64,000 nt of DNA from Dimorphilus gyrociliatus (taxonomy: Eukaryota > Animalia > Annelida), in NCBI GenBank assembly GCA_904063045.1, contig CAJFCJ010000012.1:2771576-2835575 (forward strand), written 5' to 3'. This document shows positions 53,213-64,000 of this stretch, one piece after another; position 1 is the stretch's first letter, and each line of letters starts with the position of its first letter. The position numbers and the translations under genes are program-made. The notes beneath the pieces were generated by a model that was not told the DNA's origin, made no database searches, and worked only from the letters and a program-made list of their open reading frames with translations.

Positions 53213-55013
53213 TTATGGAGTTTTTTTCTGTTTAAAAAAGTCGTATAGATTACCAGTTAAAAAATCAAGAAATTCAAAAACAGTTAAGAGTGTAGATCCA
53301 AGAACCAAGCCAAATGATCCACCCACATCGGATAATAGAGCGAGCCATGTATAGGCTGGTTTCTCGCTTAGTTGTTCAGAAGTCATTGATGAATAAAAGA
53401 CATTTATTTCTACAAAATCATTTATAAGGAAATGTTTTGAAGTTGAATGATGATTGGATAAATTTAGATAATGTTTGCCAAAAGTACCAAATGATAGCAT
53501 TGTACTATATTCATGAATAGAACATTGATCTTTACAAGAGCATTTTTCCATTTCGTCATGCTTTATAAAATCTATAGTAGAAGCTTTAACGCATAATAAG
53601 TTAAATGGAGCACAGATTAGAGTTGGTTTAGTAGCTATTTTGAGAATGAAAAACTAAAAAAAAAACAGTTCATAAAGTCATTAAAATCATATTTACGTAT
53701 CATTTCAGGGGATATACATTTGCATTTGTCAGCAATATAGTCTGAAAAACATGTCAATTGACATTTACTTTGCCGATAACTACTATCAGCATTGCAGTTT
53801 CCATAGGGAGTACTAAGTAGATTTTTAACTTTTAGTACTGTTGCCGCAAGATAATCTTTTCCAAATGTTACTTTAAATCCTTTTTCAAGCATTTGTGGAA
53901 CATCTTTTGAATCATGAATAAGAACCTAGATATGTGGAGAGTATGATGAAAATTTTCCAATCTATTTTAGTACTCAACTCTATATCCGGCTGACAATGAA
54001 TTAGCAGTAAAATAATTATCAGAACTAATATTAAGGTATAAACTTAATCCATTTGTTGCTCCAGGTGATTTTACTACTAAATTGGTTGTGTCTGTATAAT
54101 TTTTAATATTACTTTTACATTGTTCATGCTTTGCTAAAGAAAGATTAAATTTTTACCAGAATTAAATTGAAAGCATCCACCCATATTAGTTTGAATCAAT
54201 GTAAAATTCTGACTGTTGCAAGGTGTTTGTTTAAATGAACACTGTTTTGAAAAAACACAAATTATTAGATACTTTAAATTAAAAAGTAATTAAGGGATTC
54301 CAACAGAAAATGTCCACTTTTGTTGATATCTTCTATTAGCTTTCAACTTTTTTTTCTAATTTAACGACTACAGTTTGTTTAGATATTTTCAACTTTAAAT
54401 GGACATTTCCTGTTCCCCCTCCTCCTCCACTTTCTCTCTTTTACATAAACAATTGCTTCTTGAGCACTCTGTCCTAAGTTCTTGTATACTTGAGCCCAAT
54501 TCCAATATGAATTATTCTTATAGAATAGATGCTCCTCAGTGAGATTGACAGTATAGTTCTGTCGAGGGTCCGCAGTGAAAAGTGGACCAATGACCTTGTC
54601 AAAATCTTTTAATAAAAGCCTTTTTATTAATTCATATATAAACATTGATAAATTGAAAAAATAAAAAATAAACAACCATTTTCAAATACTTTTGGAGAGA
54701 AGAATTTATTCTCATTGCAGACTGTTACAGTTGGAAATCTCAGTACATTGTTATAAACGTTACTAATTTGAGAAATTCTTTCATATTTCAAGAAATAAGA
54801 GATGCGATCGTGAAGTTGATAGATCATAAACCCAAATCCAATAAATAGAAGAAACGCCCATAAGATCCTCTTGGAAGTGGAATTTTCATGACCAGTAGTA
54901 TACTTTATTCCAATTACACTAACATTTTGAGAGAACGTTTGAAAGCGTTTTATGAAATTTTTTTTTGTTCTCTTCTCTTCAGATTTTAATTTCTGATGCT
55001 GTTGCAGTTCCAT
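53213..55013 (-). CDS. DEG/ENaC (amiloride-sensitive-type) channel subunit; multi-exon
   Basis: TM1 RILWAFLLFIGF; FPTVTVCNEN; YRQSKCQLTC...CKC; TM2 LLSDVGGSFGLVLGSTLLTVFEFLD. Confidence 0.92.
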
Positions 55014-55866
55014 AGCTACTTTATAACAAACATTTTGTTTGACGAGACAAAATAATAAGATATCCTGCTAAAGAGATGTGTAGAGAGAGATTTATGAGTC
55101 TCTTTTGTCTCACGTATCATGCCTAACATATGATTAATGGGGCTTTTACACTAATGTTTTTACCCAATTATATGAATTTTTCATTTTGATGAAACAATGG
55201 ATAATATGGTGCTTTTACTTCTTTACTCTATGCCAAACAATCAATTATTAAATAACCTTGACATTGATTCTCATCCTTTGAAACAGTTTTTTCCAATCAC
55301 CAAAGTTTATGCTGACTTGGTCAAAGTTTCACTTGAATGAAAGGTGATCATTTCAGATTTTAGGCTTTCTAATATTCCTTCAATATGAAAGATATTTTAT
55401 CACATGCTATGCGATGTTAAAGCTTTTGCATGTATCGTTGTTCTTTGTTCTTTTGCCAAATCGAAAGTGGCGCCATCTGTTATATTCTAAAAACACTGTT
55501 TTTGTGGGTAATATATTTTTAGTGTAGAATATATTAATTATATGTCCAAGAGAAATTTCATTATTGATAGAACTCAAGATTATGGTAAAAAACCATTTTT
55601 TTTATAATTGGAGGAAAACATCTCATTAGGATTGGGAAAGGATTAAAACATTAAAAAATGGGACGTGCTTTCTCATACCCTTTTTGATCTGTATTTTTTA
55701 AAAAATACACAAGTGATCAATTTAGCAGGTTAGGGTTATATTCATAAATGGAATATAAAAAATAAGTTCAAATTTGTGCTAATGAGGCATCAATAATCTA
55801 AATTTTTCAAAACCAATAAATAACTTCTGTTTCCTATTTCCATTGCTCTTCGCAGTGGAAAAAATT

Positions 55867-56073
55867 GGATGAGACAGAAAACATCCACAAATCAGTGCTT
55901 TTACCCTAACCCTAACCCAGCCCTTAGCTGTGCCTAACCTTTTCCATTACCACTAACCCTTAAAGGAGAACCTCCTAAGTACAAATCAGTTGCTGTTTTC
56001 TTCTGCCTAACCATTTCTCAATCCAAATTTTTGTCTTGAAATTTTTCATTTGTGGACATTTTCTGTCGACCTA
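55867..56073 (+). mobile_element. MITE, same subfamily as 27588-27793
   Basis: GGATGAGACAGAAAACATCCACAAAT / ATTTGTGGACATTTTCTGTCGACC; internal sequence highly similar to the 27588 copy; no TSD match seen. Confidence 0.88.
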
Positions 56074-56950
56074 ACCCTGTGAACATTAAAGGCCTTCTAG
56101 GTTAAAAATTGTATGGCTACTAGAAAACTCTATGTAGAGAAGCTACAAGAGATTGGAGAGAATCTTAATTCCTTATATATGTTACATTTTAAGCTCTTCA
56201 GTTTGATGTCAATGCTTTTTTGAAAACCATAGACTTAATTTGATTATATTACATAAGAATTCTGAACAATAGTGTTGTGTGCTAGATTGGTACATTGCCA
56301 AACTATTTTACCATTTTGAATAAAAACATTAACCTTGTGATTAACTCAATGACAACATCAAAATTCTAATGAATGAATGTAAAAAATTTAGCATTAAAAA
56401 TAGAAAAACACTAGTCATACTTTAACTACCTGGAACATTCATTTAGCAGCTAGCCATAGAGTACAGAAAAGGGTTAAACTCAGCTATTGAATGGTTTACT
56501 AACTCTGTCAAAGAAAACTCTCAAATTCAAATAATATAGATTTTTTGGTGCAACTCTAACAATAAATTCATCCAAATGTTCAAACTAACCCTTTCCTAAA
56601 ATGTTTTCAGGGTTGTAAATATTTGCTAGCATGTATGTTCACATGTTCACACCTGACCCCAACAATTATTTGTACACTATGCACTCTTGATATTCTGAGT
56701 GAAAGGGTGGGGCTACATTTTCTATTATGCCTGAATTAAATACTCTTTCAATTCCTCAACAAATGAATAAGAAAAATATTTTCATAAATAAAAAAGACAA
56801 CTTCTGTAGCACTCATTTTGTCTATACCATTTTGTATTGTAGATGTAGGAATTTCTGATTACTCACCGCAGCATTTTGGTTCAAGTAGAACCTCAAGTTC
56901 ATCCACAAAATAACAACTTTTGGGATAAATTTAACATATTACCAAAATAC

Positions 56951-57158
56951 GGATGCGACAGAAAACGGCCCCAAAAGCATGGTTTTACCCTAACCCTAAA
57001 CCATCCCTAATGTATCCCTAACCCTTTTTCATTACTCCTAACCCTTAGATGGGACCCCCTTAACTACAAATCAATAAATGCTTTTTTCCTCCTAACCATT
57101 TCTTAACCCAAAATGCTGCCTTCAAATATCCTTCTTGGGGCCGTTTTCTGTTGATCCC
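56951..57158 (+). mobile_element. MITE with a perfect 9-bp TSD
   Basis: TIR GGATGCGACAGAAAACGGCCCCA / TGGGGCCGTTTTCTGTTGATCCC; TSD CCAAAATAC at 56942-56950 and 57159-57167; several ccctaa repeats inside. Confidence 0.92.
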
Positions 57159-57385
57159 CCAAAATACCAGAGTTTTGCCAATTGAATAAGTATTGAGTAA
57201 ATGAGTTCTAATCTAAAAGAACAGTTTAGCCTACAGTTAGTGACTAGAGACTAACTAGATTTGTAAATGCATTTCCTTTTAAACAATTTCCAAATCTTGA
57301 GTTCAATTTGTTGAAGGATTACATTTGTCACAAAAACAATACATGACATATCCAAAACAACAGCTATATCAATAATGTACTGCTC

Positions 57386-57629
57386 TTGCTGGCAAATTTA
57401 TGCGTTTGCAAGTTATAACAATACTGGTTCTACTCAAACCTTTAAACAAATGTTTAAATTAAAGCGGTTTATTCAAAATAATACTACTTAAGCAAGTAGC
57501 AATAGGAGAGTTCAATAGCAGAGTAGATAGTTCGTAATAGCAGGTTGCCAAATTACTAAACTGTCTTCCAATGTTGAGGAGTAGATGAATGGCTATAGTG
57601 GAGGTTGTTTCCAGGTTATCTTCCTAGGT
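57386..57629. repeat. Second copy of the dispersed repeat of about 240 bp
   Basis: Aligns along its length with 33205-33447. Confidence 0.88.
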
Positions 57630-57979
57630 CCTTGGTCCAGAAAGTCTGAATATTCATCATTATGTCTAAGTGCACAAAAAGAAAAACAGCATAAAAATTT
57701 ATTGAGCAAAAAACAACCTAAATTAAATAAAAAAAGATTAATATTTCTCAAACTATTTGTCAAATATTGTTAAAAGAATTGTACTGGCTTACAAACAAAC
57801 CTATTGTTAAGTTTTTTGAACTCTGTGGTATTGTTATTTGAATTGAGTTGAATTGCTTGGTTTTTTATTGCATATTTTTTTGTGTCAGATTTTTAAAAAA
57901 ATTGTAATCTGCATTTTTTAATTCACTGAGAAATTGTTACATTTACTTTTAAGTATTCCACGACTTGGATGAATAAACT

Positions 57980-58293
57980 CCTTTTTTTCTTGATTCTGTA
58001 TCTTCTCTCCACACTTTTATGACTTGGCAGAATTTCTGTGAGGACGCCATTTATCCACCATAAAGCTTCATTTAATTTTATCAATCTCCTTTGCTATGGA
58101 TTTAAATATCCTGAAGTTGTCTGAGAGAATTAAGGAGAGCCTTCTTTCTATGGCCCATACTCTTTGTGTGACAACTTGTTGGATTTCGTGTGGAAGCCTT
58201 CCACCATGTTGACCTCACCAACTAGCTTGGCAGGCAGATGAAAAATAGCATATAGGCTTTGCCTACCTTTCTCAACTTAAATGGCCCAAAGCC
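57980..58293 (-). mobile_element. Degenerate BEL/Pao integrase, third copy
   Basis: GFGPFKLRKVGKAYMLFFICLPS*LVR, then RRLSLILSDNFRIFKSIAKE after a frameshift. Confidence 0.75.
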
Positions 58294-58830
58294 AAAAAAA
58301 AAATTTGATCACTATAAATTTCAATACTTCCAACTGTTTTAAACTACTGTTATAAATTGCAATAATTTCAGAAGTGTCTTCTTTGTTGATTTTGAGAACC
58401 CAATTTTAAAAGAAAATTGTCATTTCATTGGTATTCCAACCTTTTACTTCAAATGCTATATCACACAAATACTTACAAAATTTGAACCTCAAGTTTGTCC
58501 ACAAAATACTAACCTTTAAAATGAATTCAGTTCTAAGGAATACCAATGTATTAAAGAAAGTTCAGACTTTTTGTCAGTTTAATTTGTATTGAGTAAATGA
58601 ATTCTAATCTAACATTATAGTATAGTCTACAGTTAGAGATTAAATACTTGGGTTCACTTGATCAAAGGCTTACAAAGATGATATGTAACAAGTTCATATG
58701 TAACAAATATTCTTTGGAACTTGAAAGACCATTACATGACATCATATAACAGACAATAGTTTTTCAATTAAGAGCCAAAATGTGTTATTACATTTGATTG
58801 GGACAAGAACAAAACTTCTAACTATTTTTT

Positions 58831-61338
58831 TTACTGTATTTTTACTTTAAAATTACATTGTTTTAGCAAAGATTTCACAGGTTCTTCATTAGACCACTTG
58901 ACAAATGCTCGACCCAAAATAACTTTCTTTAAAGTAGATGATGAGGAGAGAAGTCCATTACAAATCACTGGTAATGTTGATACTTTTACACATTGATTTA
59001 AGCTAATATCAACTGTTTCAATTTTGTAAAAAACCTTCAAAGATCTTCCAAAAATTTCCATTGTACTTTCATTCATATTACAATCTTTAAAGTGGATATT
59101 CTTCAAAGAATTTTCCATTTTGGCAAGGCCTTGTAGAATATTTATAATTCCTCTTCCAATATTTCGATTGGAGTTGAAGTTGATTGTTTCAATTGCATGG
59201 AAATCTTTCAAATAATTCCCTATCTTTATACAATCATCTTCAAAAAAGTCACACATTTCAAAATTGATATTCTTAAGAGTAGTTTCTGATGAAGATAATC
59301 CTTCCAGAATGGTTTCCAATTCATTTTTAATATACAAATTACCTTTTAGACTGAAATCCACAATTGCAGAACAATTTCTTAACAATATTCCAATTATTCT
59401 ACATTCTTGTCTACTTAGTTCGCAATTTTCAAAATCAATGACTGTTAAAGTTTTTCTGGATTGAATAAGCCCTTCGCAAATATCTGATAATCCATAGGAC
59501 ATTTTGTTATTAAATGATAAATTGATTGCTTTTATAGTAGAGCAACTTTTCAACCAATTTCCAATCTGTCTACAATTTTCAATATTCAAATCATGATTTT
59601 GAAGGTTGATAGTTTCTAGGCTATTTGATGAATTGATGAGTACTTTATAAATATTAATTAGTTTATTGTCTTCAAAAAGTTGCGATGTTTGTATATCTAT
59701 AATTTCTAATGTTGAGCAAGATTGAAAGAATGTTTGAATCATTTCATATTGTTTTTCATTAACATCGCACCATTGAAAATGAAGTCTTTTCATAGTATTT
59801 GAAGATTGGTGAAGATTTTGAAAAATATATGACAATTCACTGCCTAAAATTTTATTATGGTATAAGTTGAGGGTCTCAAGCTTAGGGCAAGTCATTAACA
59901 ATTTGCCAAGTTTTATCCATGCCTCTCGATTTACTACGTTACAATCCTCCAGATTTAGATACTTTAAACAGTTTGATGAAGAATGAAGTCCTTCGAAAAT
60001 GTATTCTAATCCATTACCAACTCGAGAACCCGTTAAATCAATTGTTTCAATTTTTAAACAGGTTTTCAATGAATTTCCAAGATTTTCCAATTGAGGATAA
60101 CTTAAACTACATTCAGCTAAGCATAAACTTTTTAAACTTTGTGATAAATGAACAAGGCCATCAAAAATAGTCCATATTGATTTTATTTTCTTTTTAGAAT
60201 GTGAAAATATACATTTACTAAGATCAACATCTTCCAAATTAGAACAATTTTTCCATAAATTGTTTAAAATAGAATATATCAATGGACAATAATTAATTGA
60301 TGAAAGTTTAACTTTCTTTAGTGTTTCTGAGGAATGAATAAGTCGATTACAAATATAGCTTAATCCGTCACCTATCTTATAATTCCATTCCAGATGAATT
60401 GCCTCAATTTTTGAACCTTTTAAAAGGCTTTCTATCTCTTTACACTGTTCCATGTTTATATCGCATCCTTTGAAAGAGATTCTTATCACGTGATCAGTTG
60501 ATAATTTTAATTCATTGTCTAAAATACGCAGTTGTTGATCGTCTATTGTTTTGTTTGACATGTCAATTACTTTAGGTGAAAATTTCTCATTTTCACACTC
60601 CATTTTTAAAGCTTTTTCCATTGAAGTTATATCAGAATTTCTTTTAAGAGTACTATCATTGAGATTGGAGTTATTTTTCACTTTATAATCAATATTAATA
60701 CTTTCAATAATGTCTATTTCCAACTGTTTAACATTTGGTAAAAAATCTACTAAATCGCCATTTTCTTTTGCAATATTATAAACAAATTCTTCTCTCTTAT
60801 CATTTATATCTTTAAAATTTCTTCTGATAATTTGAAATTTATCTTTTACCATTTTAATTGCATTATTTTCAAATTCATTAATCTTATTCCAATTTTCATA
60901 CATTTTTTTTATTTCGTCATTGTGAAAATTTTCTAAAATTTCTTTTCTCTTTTCCAATTTCACCATTGAAAAAACATTGCAACTTCTATGATTTTCTTCT
61001 TGGCATAAAATACAGATTTTTTCTACATTATGAGTTGAACAGTAAAATGATGCTTCCTTTTTATGATCTTTACATAAATCCATATGTATTGACTGTTTTC
61101 TAAAAAGATCTTTAACACAATATTTAGGGATCATTTTTATACCATTTTGCTGTAGCAAATAATCTTGCCTACATTCTGGACATTTAATATTACTGTGTTT
61201 AATCTCTAAATTAGTTAAACAAGCAAAACAAAATATGTGCTGACAAGGTAAAATTCTAGGATCATTCCCAAACCAAGATTCTGAGCATATGCCACACACT
61301 ATATCTCTAATACTTACAAAATAACCTTGGGTCGCCAT
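58831..61338 (-). CDS. Intronless RING + B-box-like + coiled-coil + RI-type LRR protein, 835 aa from MATQG
   Basis: CGIC...PCQHIFCFAC...CPEC RING; CKDH...YCSTH...CILC...HRSC B-box-like; charged helical linker; then a long array of about 28-aa LxxLxLxxN/C repeats. ATG at 61338 is preferred over the non-canonical upstream ORF start. Confidence 0.9.
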   Translation of the reverse strand: MATQGYFVSIRDIVCGICSESWFGNDPRILPCQHIFCFACLTNLEIKHSNIKCPECRQDYLLQQNGIKMIPKYCVKDLFRKQSIHMDLCKDHKKEASFYCSTHNVEKICILCQEENHRSCNVFSMVKLEKRKEILENFHNDEIKKMYENWNKINEFENNAIKMVKDKFQIIRRNFKDINDKREEFVYNIAKENGDLVDFLPNVKQLEIDIIESINIDYKVKNNSNLNDSTLKRNSDITSMEKALKMECENEKFSPKVIDMSNKTIDDQQLRILDNELKLSTDHVIRISFKGCDINMEQCKEIESLLKGSKIEAIHLEWNYKIGDGLSYICNRLIHSSETLKKVKLSSINYCPLIYSILNNLWKNCSNLEDVDLSKCIFSHSKKKIKSIWTIFDGLVHLSQSLKSLCLAECSLSYPQLENLGNSLKTCLKIETIDLTGSRVGNGLEYIFEGLHSSSNCLKYLNLEDCNVVNREAWIKLGKLLMTCPKLETLNLYHNKILGSELSYIFQNLHQSSNTMKRLHFQWCDVNEKQYEMIQTFFQSCSTLEIIDIQTSQLFEDNKLINIYKVLINSSNSLETINLQNHDLNIENCRQIGNWLKSCSTIKAINLSFNNKMSYGLSDICEGLIQSRKTLTVIDFENCELSRQECRIIGILLRNCSAIVDFSLKGNLYIKNELETILEGLSSSETTLKNINFEMCDFFEDDCIKIGNYLKDFHAIETINFNSNRNIGRGIINILQGLAKMENSLKNIHFKDCNMNESTMEIFGRSLKVFYKIETVDISLNQCVKVSTLPVICNGLLSSSSTLKKVILGRAFVKWSNEEPVKSLLKQCNFKVKIQ

Positions 61339-61613
61339 TTTCTTTTTGGAATGTTCAAAAAGATATTGATTTTGCATTGATAACAAAGTATAATGTAAAT
61401 AACATAGGCTTAAAAGATCAAAGTCATAATTACTTATGTGATGCACTTCAGTTCAATATAAACCTTGGTATATTTTTATCTTTTAAAATTAACATTTTTT
61501 TATTATCTTAAAAATATTGATTAGTAAATTTAAATGAATTGGACTCTTCTAGACTGTAAATTTCGCCTCCTTATACCAGTCTAGGCTGTAATATAAGTGT
61601 CCACTTTTTCCAA

Positions 61614-62630
61614 CAATATTGGGAGAAAATGGCCCATATTGAGAGCAAATGGCCTCACATGGCAGAAAGCTACCAACTTTTGATAACAAAAACAATTTTA
61701 ATATTAGAAAGAATTGCTGTGATAAAAATTTTGAATCAACTACTGATAATTGAAGCAGAATGTATCAAAAGTTTATTACTAAATACCAACCTGTTATTAT
61801 AAAGTTGTAGTTAATGACATAGTGTGAGCAGCTGTGACACAATAAATTATCAACATTTCCTGTTTATATCATTAGACAAGAAAATGGAAGATGTGAAGGA
61901 TTATCTTTGAAATACTTAATTGAGGACACATCTTTGAAAGATGATTAAAATTTCTTGAAAGAAAACATAATAATGAAATCATGGGCATTGATAATGAAAG
62001 TGGTGATAATAAAGAATATAATGAACCAGTGCAAGCATCAAACATGGAAATTGACACTGATAATGAAAATGCAAGCTCTAATGATATTGAGAACTGCATA
62101 AATCACACAGATAATATTGAAGAGGATTCTTTTGAAATATATGATACAATCACGCCTGCAGAACCAGGGAAGACATTCCAACTTGTTATTGGAGAGAGTC
62201 AGAAAGGAAATGATATTTTGCTTCACAATGGCTTTGCTTTTAATAGGAAGGGCAAAGAGTGGCATTATAATAATGTGGAGATGTTCAGTTAGAAATAAGA
62301 AAGTTCAGTGTCCAGTAATAATTAAACAAAGAGGAAATATCTTCATTTCTGATGAAAAGGCCCACATGCATGAAAAAAGAAAAAGCTTAGTTCAAATATT
62401 AAAGCCAAGAAAAGTTTGAGACAAATCTGTGAAACTGATAATAAATTATCAGGGAGAGCTTTTGCACAGAATGTTCTCTTAAAACATGTTGATGAGCAAA
62501 GAGTTTGCCAAAGACAGAAAATTTAAGAATGACAAATTTTAATAGACATAAGAAAAGACCAAATTAACCACAAAGCATTGATTTTGAATTAAACTTGGCT
62601 TTCATTCCAAATGATTTCTTACAGAGGAAA
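61614..62630 (+). mobile_element. Degenerate FLYWCH/MULE (Mutator-like) transposase 5' part with a TIR-like end
   Basis: SQKGNDILLHNGFAF, frameshift, WRCSVRNKKVQCPVII...HMH (FLYWCH finger); later NRHKKRPN*PQSIDFELNLAFIPNDFL; TATTGGGAGAAAATGGCC at about 61617-61634. Confidence 0.68.
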
Positions 62631-62669
62631 AAAGTATTGAGTGTTTTAGAAATTTTCTAAATTTTTTAG

Positions 62670-62830
62670 ATTACATTTTCAATGGGTTCTTCTGGTGCTC
62701 TTAATTACTCACAAAATTCTCAATTCTTTATGTGGTTTTGAATAGTCCTGTTTAATTTTGGATGCCAGAAGGCTTGTTCTAAGGTATGAATTGTTGTATC
62801 AACACCATAATGTTCAAATAGCTGATGCTG
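62670..62830 (-). mobile_element. Gypsy integrase zinc-binding (H2C2) relic
   Basis: HQLFEHYGVDTTIHTLEQAFWHPKLNRTIQNHIKN*EFCE. Confidence 0.7.
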
Positions 62831-63498
62831 GTGAATTTGTCCAAGTAGGTTGGTTAAAGTTGATAGTTGGATTACAAGTAGTGGTTGATAACATATGCTT
62901 ACATTATATACATATGCTTTTATTATAATTATTCTTTATTCATTCTTATCCGAATCTCATGCATATGATAATCATCTTTAAGAGTTCCCTCAACCTTCAC
63001 CTTTAAGATTGGATCACTTAAAACATGTATTTCTATCTTTTATTAGTTCTGTTCATGTGTTGGAAATTGATAGTGCAAGTTCAATATAATTTCTTATAGT
63101 CATTGAATGAAAAAATATTAAGTAAATTAAAAGTTGACACAAACTGAAAATAACTTTCAAAAATATTTTTAAAGTCATATTTTTAAGTTGAAATATCATT
63201 TGGTATGATATTTTTTGAAATTAATGAAACACCCAATCATCATCATCATGGCTAAGGCACTGACAAATAAGGAATTTATGTCAGTATGCTTTAAGAGAAC
63301 TATCTCTCTTATCCAAAAAACAGGGGCCTTCTTAACAAAACAAAACATTTTTTTTTATGAAGGCCAATTTGTATCTATATTATGAATAAACCAAGTTTCA
63401 ACGATCACATTTCAACAATCAACTAAAAAGTACTTTGGTAAGTTGATAAATGATTGGAAAGGACGAATACTGTTCTGAAGAAGCAGAAATTCCTACAA

Positions 63499-64000
63499 TT
63501 ACAATACAACAAAGTACTCATAACCTGGATAGGTTTTAGTGCCAGCTTCTTCTTCAGTGGTGTTTTGGTAGTTGTGAAAATATTTTCCCAACATTCCAAC
63601 AGTTATTTTTGTCATATTTGCTTGTTTTCCAGATTTTGCTTGTTGGTTTTGGGCTTGTTGCATAAACTTCTTAACTGATTCCCCTCTTCTGATAAAGAAT
63701 GGAAGGAAAACTTGTTTTGTTGCAAAATTGATAATGGCTCCAGAATTTTGTAAGAAGTCACAACCAAGTATTATAGCCATATCTAATTTTTCCATAATGA
63801 AAAATTCTTGTTTCATAATTCTTCCAGCAAACTGGATGTTCAATTTTGCTTTTCCTTTAATCTTTAAAGCTTTTCCATCTGCTGAAGTGATGGTTGGTAA
63901 GTCTGTAGTTTCTATCATGATGAAATTATGGTCCATTAGCTTGATTTCTTTTTCAGTAATAAAGGACATAAGGGCTGTTGTATCACATTAGGCAATGACC
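63499..64000 (-). mobile_element. Gypsy-type retropepsin (aspartic protease) relic
   Basis: VIA*CDTTALMSFI (degenerate DTG), SADG..LKIKG, IILGCDFL. Confidence 0.8.

Noticed and set aside
55605-55680. Additional MITE copy
   Set aside because: Only weak TIR-like ends (ggaggaaaacatc / gggacgtgctttctcataccc) and no TSD; too degenerate to call.
56400-56560. Minus-strand SIAEFNPFLYSM resembling GPCR TM7
   Set aside because: Isolated motif flanked by stops; no other TM segments could be recovered.
56988-57050. CCCTAA repeats as a true telomere or fusion scar
   Set aside because: Imperfect, spaced units enclosed by TIRs and a TSD, so part of a MITE.
61339-61446. N-terminal 36 aa of ORF 58831..61446
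   Set aside because: Non-canonical start in the ORF track; MATQG at 61338 directly precedes the RING.
1-64000. CRISPR arrays, tRNA, rRNA, prokaryotic operons
   Set aside because: Intron-containing eukaryotic DNA; no repeat-spacer array, cloverleaf or rRNA signature recognised by eye.

Overview
AT-rich eukaryotic (animal) DNA with short GT-AG introns of about 50-75 nt. The gene content and TTAGGG-like repeats suggest a compact lophotrochozoan genome such as an annelid (inference only). The window holds three paralogous minus-strand GRL101/LGR-type receptors (SRCR-like + C-type-lectin-like + about 6 LDLa + LRR + 7TM), two short rhodopsin-like GPCRs, a fucolectin/PAN gene, a near-identical duplicated pair of F5/8C + FAMeT-domain genes 32,156 bp apart, an Ig-domain gene, a PAN-domain gene, a DEG/ENaC channel and an intronless RING/B-box/coiled-coil/RI-LRR gene. 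It also holds many transposon relics (Tc1, mariner, BEL/Pao, Gypsy, MULE) and a MITE family with 9-bp TSDs and telomere-like internal repeats. The main finding is that manual splicing past TM7 of all three LGR genes gives three extra exons that the ORF track shows only in part: 44 nt, 209 nt and a terminal exon, with identical lengths and phases for the first two. They encode a roughly 130-aa cytoplasmic domain resembling a catalytically dead protein-kinase domain, i.e. a candidate GPCR-pseudokinase fusion family. Exon structures and alignments were done by eye; no database or HMM search was run.
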